From Candidatus Bathyarchaeia archaeon (GTDB lineage: Archaea; Thermoproteota; Bathyarchaeia; Bathyarchaeales; Bathycorpusculaceae), in the NCBI GenBank assembly GCA_049512075.1, contig JBEKXL010000009.1, forward strand, positions 1-64,000: a stretch of DNA of 64,000 nt, read 5' to 3'. A program made the translations under genes and the position numbers. Of this stretch, positions 10,553 through 21,246 are shown one piece after another (the first letter of the stretch is position 1; each line of letters opens with the position of its first letter). The notes below the pieces were generated by a model. It had not been told where the DNA came from, ran no database searches, and saw only the letters and a list, made by a program, of their open reading frames with translations.

Positions 10553-10754
10553 CGCAGGCCATTCGTTTTCCCACCGCCTAGGCTACCGGGCAAGATCACG
10601 CTAAGCTTCGGAGACTTGAGCATCCGCCTGCAAGGCCGTACGCCTCTTCAATGCTCGTCATGCACACCGCAACATCACATCGGTTGCGCGTAAGAAAAAA
10701 GAATCGGCCAAACAACACAACATAGCAATTCTACGAAGAAACATTATGGTGCAG

Positions 10755-10942
10755 CATTACATGTGACGTTACAACTGAACAGCAAAGTCAACCCTGCCTA
10801 CAATCCCTGACTCATACATTGAAAATTACATCGGACATTACAAATAAACGGGCCGAGTCTACTCTGAACAGTAGTTCAGCCTGTTTTTCTTCATGGTTTG
10901 TAACAATACACATTACATCTGACATTACAAGTGAAAAAGGGG
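10755..10942 (+). repeat. Dispersed repeat cluster A (3 units of ATTACA-N-GAC-N-TTACAA)
   Basis: Units at 10755, 10824, 10911; 10824-10942 aligns with 21523-21641. Confidence 0.8.
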
Positions 10943-11050
10943 AGCGACTTTCACGCACTTCTTCTAAAGCAAGCCCCACACTCTCTCACGCGCGCGCCTA
11001 GCGTGATTCAACACTCGATTTAGGGACAAGCCAGCGCCCTTCGACTGTGT

Positions 11051-12091
11051 TCAGGCTTTTAGCCTTTCTCTCGCCGCTTTCACTGCCTTTACAGTTCTGG
11101 TTAAGAGAAGCTGAGCTGCCTCCTGTGTGGGCCATCCTCCCAGACCGCAGTCAGGCCCCGTGAATGTCATCCTGTCTCCATACTTGGCCCAGGCGGTTTC
11201 AAACCTTTTTCCAATGATTTTCTCGTCTTCAACCATCTGCTCCGCATTAGGCTTCGTAATTCCCCTGTCGTAAAGCTCTGCCACGATTGAATTTATGTCC
11301 GTCCTTGACACGCCCACGCGTACCTGCTTGTCTGCCTGGTCAAGCATGCCCTTGGACACGCTGTCAATGTTCTTCGGCGATGCAGCATACTCAATCGACA
11401 AGACATCGATGCTCCTGACACTCAGCAAATCGGTGATTCCGGACGGCGAATGAAGATGAATCTGTCTTGTTGCTCCACTAAAGCTGAAGGCTGTCTCCAA
11501 AGTGTTCAGGATAGTTTCTCTATCTGCGAGGATGTCTTGAAAGCCAAAACTCGGCTCATCCAATGAAACGGCGACGGTCTGAACGTACTTTGAGTTGAGA
11601 ATCGAGTTTTTCGCAAACCGCCTAACGTTTTCTGCGAACGCCTGAAGGATGTCATTGTGGACCGTAGACCCTATTTCTTTCAGGTATAGTTCAATCGGTC
11701 CTATGATGCACACCCTGAGCCTCACCTTCTCCCCAGTCTCTTCGCAGAGTCTCTTAGCCTCATCGTTGATCACACATACCTCTGGCAACACAGCGTGTTC
11801 TTGACTGATCAGGTATGTGCCTTCATTCATCGATTCTCTAAGAGTGTCCGCCACCTGTCTGTCCATGTCGTAATGCTGGGGGTAGTTAACGATGTCGAGC
11901 CCGGCCTCAACCTTCTTCATGAAAGAGCCTATCACTATTTTACTGAAATTGTTCAACAGGAATTCGTCCTTCTCAAGGCGCTTTCCTTCGATTATCGCTT
12001 TTCTCGCAGCGCGATAGGCCTCTTCAAACAGTCTACTGTCGGCATACGTCGGCAATGGAAAACTTCCTACATCATCGACAAGCGTTACCAT
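11051..12091 (-). CDS. Cobalamin-independent methionine synthase catalytic-domain (core MetE-like) protein
   Basis: DVGSFPLP N-terminus, SLDEPS, GPDCGL. Confidence 0.8.
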   Translation of the reverse strand: MVTLVDDVGSFPLPTYADSRLFEEAYRAARKAIIEGKRLEKDEFLLNNFSKIVIGSFMKKVEAGLDIVNYPQHYDMDRQVADTLRESMNEGTYLISQEHAVLPEVCVINDEAKRLCEETGEKVRLRVCIIGPIELYLKEIGSTVHNDILQAFAENVRRFAKNSILNSKYVQTVAVSLDEPSFGFQDILADRETILNTLETAFSFSGATRQIHLHSPSGITDLLSVRSIDVLSIEYAASPKNIDSVSKGMLDQADKQVRVGVSRTDINSIVAELYDRGITKPNAEQMVEDEKIIGKRFETAWAKYGDRMTFTGPDCGLGGWPTQEAAQLLLTRTVKAVKAARERLKA

Positions 12092-12400
12092 GGGGACATG
12101 TTAAAACTGCAAACGATTTAAGACTATGTTAAATACCTAGCGAACATTTCCGTCCCTAACGCGCGGGTCGCTAGGTCGCAGGTTTTGTTGTTCTTTCTGA
12201 GGCGCACATTCAAGGCTCGTGGTGTTGGCGTTTTTCAAGACAATGAGGCCGGCTTTGCAGTTGTGTATGTGTGTTGTTCTGTTCCCTCAGTAGGTTTATT
12301 ACTTCGTAATATAAACGATGCATGTTTTACAGCCAACAGGCCACATGTCAAACTCTTCCGTTTGCAAGCCTTGGCCCAGACGCTGGCTGGATGTGACCGT

Positions 12401-13042
12401 ATGAATCAGAGCAAGTTTCGCAGGGACAAGCGAGGTATGATAAGCGTTGAAGCAGCCCTAGTTTTGATATCCTTCGTCATTGTCGCCGTAGCGCTCGCCT
12501 TGTTAGTAGTTGACGTTGGCTTGTTTGCAACACAACAGGGCAAACAGACTATTCAACAAGGCGTTTCAGGGTCAAGCACGCCACTGCTCGTAGATGGAGA
12601 CATTCTTATTAGAGGATGCAATGCAGATGCGTCCAACATAGATGCGATGATGATACCGTTGGAAACCTTAGGCGTCAGATACGTTCCAATGTCTCAAAAC
12701 CTCACCGAGATAGGCTTGCAAGTGGGAAACCGCACAGCGTACGCCGACATCTACATGGGAATAAACAACACTTTGAATCCGCAGAATACGCAGCTTGACA
12801 CTCTCGTATCACGCGTCGGAAACAGTACGGGTGCAATGCTTTTCGTGGGTAACAGTAACCGCGACAACGCACTTGATTCCAACGAAAAAGGGTACCTGAT
12901 TCTCCACTTCGCAGCCCCAGATGAACCTATCCAAAACGAACCCGTACACATTGAAATCAAAACAGATATAGGCATACCGCTTTCAATCGATTTCGTAATC
13001 CCATCACAAACGACACAAGGATGGCAAACTCTTGGCGGCTAG
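12401..13042 (+). CDS. Archaellin-like protein
   Basis: Class III signal peptide KRG|MISVEAALVLISFVIVA with E+5; LDSNEK motif. Confidence 0.85.
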   Translation: MNQSKFRRDKRGMISVEAALVLISFVIVAVALALLVVDVGLFATQQGKQTIQQGVSGSSTPLLVDGDILIRGCNADASNIDAMMIPLETLGVRYVPMSQNLTEIGLQVGNRTAYADIYMGINNTLNPQNTQLDTLVSRVGNSTGAMLFVGNSNRDNALDSNEKGYLILHFAAPDEPIQNEPVHIEIKTDIGIPLSIDFVIPSQTTQGWQTLGG

Positions 13043-13148
13043 ACCAGCGGCCCCAATCGAAGCAGACATCGTTCCTTTTACTTTCTCTTAGTTTCGGCAA
13101 CACGAGGTTTTCGTGTGGTACGTGGGAGCGGCACAGAAGCAAATTTTG

Positions 13149-13430
13149 AAGCCTTAGAATCCTAGATTACTAGCTGCTTTTCGAACATTAATTAGACAGG
13201 AACCACTGAATACCGAAAGGCGAAACGAATCTCGCGCCTAATGAATATCATAGGACACAGAAACCATTCAGATCGCATAGACCTACGCACTACTTGAAGA
13301 CTCCGAAAGCAGCGACTGTCCTCCAGCAACAGCGACTAGCAGGAAGCGGCAGAACAGCTCATAGACAGCGGATTTGAGCATTTACGTACGGCTCCCAGAA
13401 GACATCATGAAATTCAAGAATAGAAAATGA
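13149..13430 (+). pseudogene. Decayed tyrosine integrase (C-terminal part)
   Basis: Across frameshifts and stops: KP*NPRLL...TTEYRKAKRISRLMNIIGHRN-IQIA*TY...EAAEQLIDSGFEH...EDIMKFKNRK*; box II GH...Y is recognisable. Confidence 0.75.
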
Positions 13431-13512
13431 CATGAAGCTTCGTCCTAATGGTGAAGAATTCAGAGTAACAAATATAAGCGTGGATTGGCCCATGAAAACC
13501 GATCGGTGTATC

Positions 13513-14499
13513 ATGATGAGTATATGGAAGCTTCGTTTGTCCATGGCTGGAACGCTTGTTCTGATAGTGGGTTTGTCAACACTGTTCTTTACAGTCATTC
13601 TGAGCCTGACCGGACTCTTCGATTCCGGATATTCTGGGTTCTTGATTCTCGGCGTGTTGGTCGGAGCGTTTAACGTTGTTCAATGGCTTATCTCACCTTA
13701 CATCATTGATGCATTGTACCATGTGCGTGCCATGTCTGCAACTGAGGAGCCGAAGCTGCACGAGGCTGTTGACGACCTCAGCAGAAAGAGCAACATAAGC
13801 AAGCCGAGGCTGATGCTCGCACAGATTCCCCTTCCAAACGCTTTTGCTTACGGTTCACCAGTAGCGGGAACTCGCATAGCAGTTACGAGTGGACTTTTGA
13901 AAACACTGGACGATGGTGAAGTTGCAGCTGTCGTTGGACATGAACTTGGGCATCTCAGACACAGAGACGTGCAGATCATGATGTTCGTTTCATTGTTGCC
14001 TGCCGTAGCCTACTTCGTAGGTTATTCCCTAATGCTTTCTGGCATGTTTGGAGGAAATCAAAAGAATCAAGGCAACGGCGCTGTCATAGGCACAGTTTTC
14101 ATGGCTTTTTCATGGATAATGAACCTGTTTATACTCAATCTCAGCAGGCTACGCGAATACTATGCTGACAGACACAGCGCTTCAATCGTCGACGGCGGAT
14201 CAGAGAAACTCTCGACCGGACTGGCAAAAATAGTTAATGTAAGCAAAAACATGGGCAGAATGGGTAGGACGAGACAGCAAACAAAGAACCTGAATGCATT
14301 CAAGGCGTTGTTCATCACAGACCCTGACCGCGCAAACGTTGACTCTGCCGAAATGCCCACGATGTCAGTAGCAGACAGTCAGAAACTGGTTCAAGAAATC
14401 TTGTCAAAGAAGCTGACAACGGCTGATAGAGTTGCCGAAGTTTTCTCGACACACCCCAACATAGTCAAGCGGCTGAAAGCCTTAAAAGAACTGGCCTAA
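13513..14499 (+). CDS. htpX: Zinc metalloprotease HtpX
   Basis: PNAFAYG, HELGH, SRLREYYAD, FSTHP. Confidence 0.94.
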   Translation: MMSIWKLRLSMAGTLVLIVGLSTLFFTVILSLTGLFDSGYSGFLILGVLVGAFNVVQWLISPYIIDALYHVRAMSATEEPKLHEAVDDLSRKSNISKPRLMLAQIPLPNAFAYGSPVAGTRIAVTSGLLKTLDDGEVAAVVGHELGHLRHRDVQIMMFVSLLPAVAYFVGYSLMLSGMFGGNQKNQGNGAVIGTVFMAFSWIMNLFILNLSRLREYYADRHSASIVDGGSEKLSTGLAKIVNVSKNMGRMGRTRQQTKNLNAFKALFITDPDRANVDSAEMPTMSVADSQKLVQEILSKKLTTADRVAEVFSTHPNIVKRLKALKELA

Positions 14500-14585
14500 C
14501 AGCCAACCTCGATATTTCCTCTGTTTCCAGTTTCGTCACGGCAAAAGCTAAAGGTCACTGGCGAACATTACTTGCACTAAACAAG

Positions 14586-15824
14586 GTGACTAGTATGGAG
14601 TCTTCGAAAGTCTTCTCCGAGATAGAGAAATTGAAAACAGACATGACTAGGGTTTCAATGGAGCTAATTCGCATACCGGCAGTGGCTCCAGAGAACGGTG
14701 GGGAAGGAGAATCAAAGAGGGCTGAAAAACTAATTCAGGTTCTTAATGACGTGGGGTTTGACAAGATAGAACGACACGATGCAACAGATGAAAGAGTTCC
14801 TTCCAAGAAGAGACCCAACATAATCGCCTACTACCACGGAGAAAAAACCGCCGAAAAACTCTGGATAGTGACGCACTTGGACATAGTTCCGCCTGGAGAA
14901 GATTCACTATGGACTGTAACCAAACCTTTTGAGCCCTTGATCAAAGATGCCAGAGTGTATGGGCGGGGCAGCGAAGACAATTTGCAGTCGATGGTTGCCT
15001 CCATCTTCGCGGTCAAGGCACTGAAGAATCTGAAAATCAAGCCGAAAAGAACGGTAGCCCTTTGTTTCGTTGCAGATGAAGAACAAGGGAGCGTGTATGG
15101 CATCCAACACTTGATAAAGAAGCGTCTTTTCAAGGCTGACGACTTGGTGGTTGTTCCTGACGGAGGAAGAGGTGACGGAAGTTTCATAGAGATTGCGGAG
15201 AAAAGCATCCTGTGGTTGAAAATGCGGACGATTGGAAAGCAAACTCATGCAAGCCGCCCCGAGATGGGTCTCAATGCCAGCCGCATCGGAATGCAGTATG
15301 CCTTGGCTCTCGATAAAATCCTCCACAAAAAATATCCTGCAAAGGACAAGAGCTTCGACCCCCCGGCAAGCACATTCGAACCGACGAAAAGGGACAGAAA
15401 TGTCGACGCCGTCAACATCGTTCCAGGTGAAGACACAAACCATTTTGACTGTCGGATACTCCCACGCTACAATCCTGAGGAAGTATTAAACACCATGCAC
15501 AATGTTGCCGCAGACTTTGAAAAGAAAACCGGGGCGAAAATCGAAATCGAAGTCTTGCAAAAAGCTGTCGCTCCCAAACCAACAGATTCCAACGCCCGAA
15601 TAGTCGTCATGCTGAAAGACGCTATAAGAAAAAGCTTGAAAGTAAGACCAAAAGTTGGCGGAATAGGCGGAGGAACTTGCGCTGCCTTCTTCCGAGAGAT
15701 TGACATCCCAGCCGCCGTGTGGAGCACCGTAGACGAAGTGGCGCATCAGCCAAATGAATACTCAAAAATAGAGAACCTCACCGGCGACGCCAAGGTCTTT
15801 GCGCGCTTGGCACTGCTGCAGTAG
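14586..15824 (+). CDS. M20 family metallohydrolase (DapE/ArgE-like)
   Basis: HLDIVP, GRGSED, DEE, HAS, AHQPNE. Confidence 0.92.
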   Translation: MTSMESSKVFSEIEKLKTDMTRVSMELIRIPAVAPENGGEGESKRAEKLIQVLNDVGFDKIERHDATDERVPSKKRPNIIAYYHGEKTAEKLWIVTHLDIVPPGEDSLWTVTKPFEPLIKDARVYGRGSEDNLQSMVASIFAVKALKNLKIKPKRTVALCFVADEEQGSVYGIQHLIKKRLFKADDLVVVPDGGRGDGSFIEIAEKSILWLKMRTIGKQTHASRPEMGLNASRIGMQYALALDKILHKKYPAKDKSFDPPASTFEPTKRDRNVDAVNIVPGEDTNHFDCRILPRYNPEEVLNTMHNVAADFEKKTGAKIEIEVLQKAVAPKPTDSNARIVVMLKDAIRKSLKVRPKVGGIGGGTCAAFFREIDIPAAVWSTVDEVAHQPNEYSKIENLTGDAKVFARLALLQ

Positions 15825-16004
15825 AAAAACGCATGACGGTGCCAAGTGACAACGAGTACACTCTCACGTGAACTATAAGAAAGAGGGGGCTCAACCCTGC
15901 CCAATAAAAACTGGCAGTAGAATGCCTGCAGATGTTTTTCGGGCAGTTGCCACGGCAAAATCGTTTTAAGCCAAGATACGGCAGATAGATACTCACTTCA
16001 TAGA

Positions 16005-16715
16005 ATGGAGATGCGCATTTTGAACGAGACTTCACGCATATTATCTCAGGTTTCTAAAGAGGGACGAAAGTCTCTTCTTGAAACCGAAGCGAAAGCGGTC
16101 TGCATCGAATATGGCATACCGGTCACAAAGTTCGATTTGGCAAAGAGCGAAGAGGAAGCTGTCAAGTTTGCAAATGCAATAGGTTTTCCAACGGTCTTGA
16201 AGATTGTGTCGCCAGACATCATCCACAAATCGGACATAGGTGGCGTCATTGTCGGCTTGAAGAACGCGGATGACGTGCGCGAAGGTTACAACCGTATATT
16301 GCAGAATGTCAAGAAACACGATTCGAAAGCCAAAATTGTAGGCGTGCTGGTGCAGGAGATGGCCCCACCTTCAACAGAGGTAATAGTGGGCGCCATCAAG
16401 GATCCGCAGTTCGGTCCTGCAATAATGTTTGGGCTAGGCGGAGTGTTCGTCGAGGTTCTGAAAGACGTGACATTCAGGGTTGCACCTATAACTGAAGACG
16501 ATGCTTGTGAGATGATAAGCGAAGTGAAGGCTTATCCACTGTTGAAAGGCTACCGAAACACGCCTCCAGCGGACATAGATGCGATAACCAAGATTCTGCT
16601 AAGCACTTCAAGATTGGTTACTGATCACATGGAAATCAAAGAGCTGGACCTGAACCCCGTGATCGTTTACGAAAAAGGGGCAAAAACTGTAGATGCACGA
16701 ATAATACTAGAATGA
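16005..16715 (+). CDS. acdB: ADP-forming acyl-CoA synthetase beta (ATP-grasp) subunit
   Basis: HKSDIGGV, DPQFGP, FGLGG, ELDLNP, VDAR. Confidence 0.9.
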   Translation: MEMRILNETSRILSQVSKEGRKSLLETEAKAVCIEYGIPVTKFDLAKSEEEAVKFANAIGFPTVLKIVSPDIIHKSDIGGVIVGLKNADDVREGYNRILQNVKKHDSKAKIVGVLVQEMAPPSTEVIVGAIKDPQFGPAIMFGLGGVFVEVLKDVTFRVAPITEDDACEMISEVKAYPLLKGYRNTPPADIDAITKILLSTSRLVTDHMEIKELDLNPVIVYEKGAKTVDARIILE

Positions 16716-16815
16716 ACTGGCAAACGCAAGCTTGCCGATGAGATTCTTGACGAGGGAACGGCCGTCGAGATTATAAAACGATCTTTGAACTTCGAAACTG
16801 AAGAGTTGTGAACGA

Positions 16816-17691
16816 ATGTCAGAGCGCAAGAAGAATGAGATAGTTGCAGAGTTGAACGAGAAGCTTTCGGCATTGAAAGACCAGGAGAACACGTTGGAGA
16901 GTGAAGCACGGAGATTTGCGGAGAAGCGCGATGAGCTTAACGGGCGGATGAGAAGCCTGCGAGATGAGGTTCTGGAGCTTCGAAGTCAAAGAGACGAGCT
17001 GAACAGCAAAGTGAAGAAACTGAAGCAACGTCGAAACGAGATGACGGCTGGAATTCATGAGAAACTCGAAGAGATAAAGAAGCTCGGGGAAGAGAACAAA
17101 ATCCTAGCAAAGAGAAAGCCTTCGAAGAATCATGAGGTTTTGCAGAAAGAGGTTGAAAGCATTGACTGGACTATTCAGACAACTTCCTTGACGTTGCAAG
17201 AGGATAAGGAATTGGTCGAAAAAGTGACGCAATTGGAAACGCAACTGTCAATCTACAGGAAACTTGACCAACTTGCGAAAAGAGTCACTCAGCTGCGAAC
17301 CGAGGCAAAGACAATGAAGTCTGAAAGCGAACTTCTACACAGACAATTGACGGAAAATGCACAGAAGAGCCAAGAGACTCACAGAAAAATGCTTGAAAAA
17401 ACTGAAGAGTCAAGAGCACTCAAAACGGAAGCCGACAATATGCATAACCAGTTCCTGCAGACGAAAGAAAGAGTGAGGCCCCTGCAAGAAGAAATAAAAG
17501 CCGTGTTAAATCAAATCAGACAGTTGAAGGGAGAAATACGCGAAGAACTACAGAAAGAACGAAAGAAAAGCGAAAATGTCATGCGTGAAACACTTGAAAG
17601 GCAGGCAAAGGAGAAGTTGAAGCGCGGCGAAAAGTTGACATGGGAAGAGTTTCAACTTCTAGCAGAAAAGGGAATTACAGAGCAAGATTAA
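16816..17691 (+). CDS. Archaeal coiled-coil protein (COG1340-like)
   Basis: Continuous heptads, IQTTSLT, C-terminal GEKLTWEE. Confidence 0.85.
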   Translation: MSERKKNEIVAELNEKLSALKDQENTLESEARRFAEKRDELNGRMRSLRDEVLELRSQRDELNSKVKKLKQRRNEMTAGIHEKLEEIKKLGEENKILAKRKPSKNHEVLQKEVESIDWTIQTTSLTLQEDKELVEKVTQLETQLSIYRKLDQLAKRVTQLRTEAKTMKSESELLHRQLTENAQKSQETHRKMLEKTEESRALKTEADNMHNQFLQTKERVRPLQEEIKAVLNQIRQLKGEIREELQKERKKSENVMRETLERQAKEKLKRGEKLTWEEFQLLAEKGITEQD

Positions 17692-17731
17692 AGTGGATAT
17701 TCACCAATTATAGTCACAGTACGAGATACGT

Positions 17732-18898
17732 ATGAACGAAAAGGAAGAAAAAGAACAAAAGAGAATCCTCATTCTGTGTGTTGATAGAGACGGGGATTTG
17801 GAAACCAAAGCTGGGATAAAAACCCCCCTTATCGGAAGAGGAGAAAATCTCGACGCCGCGGTTGCATTGGCTCTAAAAGACCCCGAGGAGCCAGACGCAA
17901 ACGCCATGTTCGAAGCAATACGCGTGTACGATCGCCTGAAAACGGAGAACAACCCTAAGGAAACTTTGGAAATTGCCACGCTGTCAGGTTCTGAGCTGGG
18001 AGGTGTTGGCGCAGACAGAAAAATCGTGGCAGGATTGAACGAATTATTAGAGTCTTTCTCTGCAAGTGAGGTCATCCTGGTCACAGACGGGTATTCGGAT
18101 GAAGCAGTTTTGCCGCTGGTACAGTCTAGGGTACCCGTTTCGTCTGTCAGAAGAATAGTCGTTAAGCACAGCGAGTCAATTGAAGAGACCGCTGCTCTTT
18201 TGTCACGGTACCTTCGAACGGTGATGGATAACCCTCGCTATTCACGCGTGGCCCTAGGCCTGCCTGGACTGCTTATCCTGATACTTGGAATCCTGTCAAT
18301 TTTTGGCTGGGTTCAATATTACTTGATAGCCTTTGCACTTGTTCTAAGCGTGTTCCTGCTTGTCAAAGGGTTTGGAATTGACAGGGCTGCCAAGGACCTC
18401 TACAGATGGGTGAAAGAGTATTCTCCCCCTCCGTTGAGGGTACAAATCTCAAATTTCTCCTTAGTCGCCGGGGCCTTGTGCGTTGTGCTTGGCGTGTACC
18501 TAGGAGGGACAAGTATTCCTGCGGCTGAAATTGCGGATTGGTTGAGTAACGTGCCCCGAATCGTAGGTTTCTTTATCGGAGGTTCAGCCACCTTGCTAGT
18601 TGTCGGGCTCTGCGTTCCACTTTTGGGTAGGGGCATCCGATGGTACATTGAGCGTGACGCCAGATTGTTGCGAAACGCAGCGCTGATAGTCATCGTGGGC
18701 TGGTCACAGCAGATACTCATTGCAACCTCTCAGCTGCTGATTACGCCTGAAATCGGATATGGAAGGATCATTTTTTCCATTGTTGTGGGCATCCTGATGG
18801 GCATAGCCTCGGTGCTAGTCATATTTGCGGTTCACAGAGCCAAAAGAGGTTTTTTTGCGGAGACGGAAGAGCAGGCTAAAGAGTTTGGAGACTCGTGA
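17732..18898 (+). CDS. DUF373 family membrane protein
   Basis: LCVDRDGD, DPEEPDANA, VTDG, multiple C-terminal TM segments. Confidence 0.88.
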   Translation: MNEKEEKEQKRILILCVDRDGDLETKAGIKTPLIGRGENLDAAVALALKDPEEPDANAMFEAIRVYDRLKTENNPKETLEIATLSGSELGGVGADRKIVAGLNELLESFSASEVILVTDGYSDEAVLPLVQSRVPVSSVRRIVVKHSESIEETAALLSRYLRTVMDNPRYSRVALGLPGLLILILGILSIFGWVQYYLIAFALVLSVFLLVKGFGIDRAAKDLYRWVKEYSPPPLRVQISNFSLVAGALCVVLGVYLGGTSIPAAEIADWLSNVPRIVGFFIGGSATLLVVGLCVPLLGRGIRWYIERDARLLRNAALIVIVGWSQQILIATSQLLITPEIGYGRIIFSIVVGILMGIASVLVIFAVHRAKRGFFAETEEQAKEFGDS

Positions 18899-19027
18899 TG
18901 TGCAGGAACTGCAATCTTCAACGAGAACGCGGCCAAGGTGGAGAAAGTCTTAATTGAGACGCTCGAAAATTTACTAATGAGGATATCCATTCGTGCAACA
19001 TTGCAATCAGACCATGAGGTTTGAACA

Positions 19028-19810
19028 GTGATTAAGACATTGCTTTCTGCTATTGGCGTCTACAGGATTTATGAGGGTTGGCTATGGCGTCAGGTTGAAA
19101 ACGGCAAGAAGCCGGAGCACATAGCGATAATTCTAGATGGCAACAGAAGGTGGGCTTCAGAGAACGTGCTAAGCACGTGGTTTGGCCACGAAAAAGGGGC
19201 CGATAGGGTTGAGCAAATGCTTGACTGGTGCCTCAAACTCAATGTCAAGTCTGTGACTCTCTATGCGTTCTCCACCGAGAATTTTCGGCGTTCAGGAACT
19301 GAGGTCGAGGAAATAATGCAGATATTTGAGGAACGGCTTCGGAGCCTCTTGACTGATGAGCGGATACATGGGGACAAGATACGTGTGAAAGTCATTGGCA
19401 GGGTGAATCTCTTGCCTGAAAGCATGCGGCAGCTCATAGCAGAGGTCGAGAAATCGACGCAGAATTATGACAAGCATTTCTTGAACTTTGCTTTTGCCTA
19501 CGGCGGAAGAGCCGAGATTGTGGATGCTGCCAAAAGAATCGCCGAGGAAGTGCATGAGGGAAAGCTGGATCCAGAAAATGTTGATGAGAAGACATTCGAA
19601 CAGCATCTCTACACCTCGCACATGCCTAACCAGGATCCCGACCTGATCATTCGAACCTCAGGTGAAGCAAGGCTCAGCGGTTTCTTGCTGTGGCAATCGG
19701 CCTACAGCGAACTCTGCTTTCTGGACGTTTACTGGCCTGATTTTCGCTCAATCGACCTACTGCGTGCGGTCAGAACCTTTGAAAAACGCAAAAGACGTTT
19801 CGGCGAGTAG
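19028..19810 (+). CDS. uppS: Cis-prenyltransferase (polyprenyl diphosphate synthase)
   Basis: ILDGNRRWA, FSTEN, YGGR, RTSGE, RLSGFLLWQ. Confidence 0.96.
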   Translation: MIKTLLSAIGVYRIYEGWLWRQVENGKKPEHIAIILDGNRRWASENVLSTWFGHEKGADRVEQMLDWCLKLNVKSVTLYAFSTENFRRSGTEVEEIMQIFEERLRSLLTDERIHGDKIRVKVIGRVNLLPESMRQLIAEVEKSTQNYDKHFLNFAFAYGGRAEIVDAAKRIAEEVHEGKLDPENVDEKTFEQHLYTSHMPNQDPDLIIRTSGEARLSGFLLWQSAYSELCFLDVYWPDFRSIDLLRAVRTFEKRKRRFGE

Positions 19811-19815
19811 CACAA

Positions 19816-21039
19816 TCAGGCTCTCTTGCGGGCACTAACGATTGAGATAACATCTCTGTCTTTAAGTATGTAATCCTCACTCACCCTTTTCTTTTCCCTG
19901 GCTTCAATCGCGTAGATGAAGCCTTCACCGAGTTCGGTGTGAATGATGTAGGCAAGCTGGCGTGCAGTCGTTCCGTAGGGAACAAGATAGGCGTCTGGCA
20001 GCACTCTGCCCATGTGATCTGCCAAATGCTCCAGATCCTCAACAGGGTAAACGGTGATCATGCTCAAGAGCTTGAAATAGGCCGTGTTTATCGCTTCCTG
20101 AACGCCAGTTGAGCCAAAATGGAGCAGTATCTTATTTCTTATGGCCTCCAACGCTTTCGTTTGACTTTGGCTGAGGCTTTCCGATTTGCTCACTTTGAAA
20201 TTGCAGTCTCCAGGCCTGTAGTCTATCAGTTGCTTTTCGGCGGCTCTTCTGAGGGCGAGCTCCGCTTCTGCGCAACAGGGAACGACGAGACGATTTGATT
20301 CTTTCAGCCGTTCAAGATTCTCCTCGGAAGGCGGCATGTCCATTTTGTTTGCAACTATTAACATAGGCTTTGCAACTTGCCTAAGCGTGTCCACAAACCT
20401 GAAAAAGTCTTCCTCGCTCCAGAACGTGGGTTTGTCAGCGTTCAGTCCCGCTTTTCTTATTGCCTCGAAGATATGGTTTCTTTTTATAGACAAGCCGCTC
20501 AGTCGCTCTTCAAGTATCGAAAGAAGGTCTTTGGATTCAGCCTCAACCGTTCTTGCAATCTTGGGCCAGTCCTTTTTGAGTATGTTCGCCATCCACATAG
20601 TTATTTCGCGTTCGAGGAATTTCACGTCTTCCAAAGGGTCGTTCTCGCCCAGCTTGCAGAGTCTGCCTTCGCAATCTGTCCCTCCAGACGCGTCGACTAT
20701 GTGGATCAATGCATCAGCCTTTCTTATTTCGTCTAGGAACTGGTTGCCAAGACCTCTTCCTTCCCATGCACCGGGCACAAGGCCGGCACAGTCAATAAAC
20801 TCCACCGGTATGAGTCTAACGCCCTCCATACATATAGAATTGGCCGGGTTATCATTAACATTGAATTCTTTGTGAACGCAGGGTGTTCGGACGTATCCGA
20901 CTCCTCTGTTCGGCTTTATAGTTGTAAACGGGTAGTTTGCTATCTCTGCAGGCGCGAGAGTCGCTGCGCTGAAGAACGTCGACTTGCCCGTGTTAGGCTT
21001 TCCAACTATGCCTAACAGTTTTGAATAGGATTTTTGCAC
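19816..21039 (-). CDS. ychF: Obg-family ATPase/GTPase YchF
   Basis: GKPNTGKST, ANYPFTT, DCAG, NKMD, C-terminal TGS domain. Confidence 0.93.
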   Translation of the reverse strand: MQKSYSKLLGIVGKPNTGKSTFFSAATLAPAEIANYPFTTIKPNRGVGYVRTPCVHKEFNVNDNPANSICMEGVRLIPVEFIDCAGLVPGAWEGRGLGNQFLDEIRKADALIHIVDASGGTDCEGRLCKLGENDPLEDVKFLEREITMWMANILKKDWPKIARTVEAESKDLLSILEERLSGLSIKRNHIFEAIRKAGLNADKPTFWSEEDFFRFVDTLRQVAKPMLIVANKMDMPPSEENLERLKESNRLVVPCCAEAELALRRAAEKQLIDYRPGDCNFKVSKSESLSQSQTKALEAIRNKILLHFGSTGVQEAINTAYFKLLSMITVYPVEDLEHLADHMGRVLPDAYLVPYGTTARQLAYIIHTELGEGFIYAIEAREKKRVSEDYILKDRDVISIVSARKRA

Positions 21040-21246
21040 TCAACTCGCTCCTCAAAATACAAATTGCCAGCTTAATCGCACTGCATTATACTTCAACCAC
21101 TCTACGACGCGTCACTCTATATGGCTTACGCTATTAAGGCACACGCGCAACGATAATAAAATACCATATAAAAGGCTCAAAGGGTTGACAGACCTGAGCA
21201 TCTATCCACACGCCCGTCTGTCTCCTCATGATTTGTTACTGTACAA

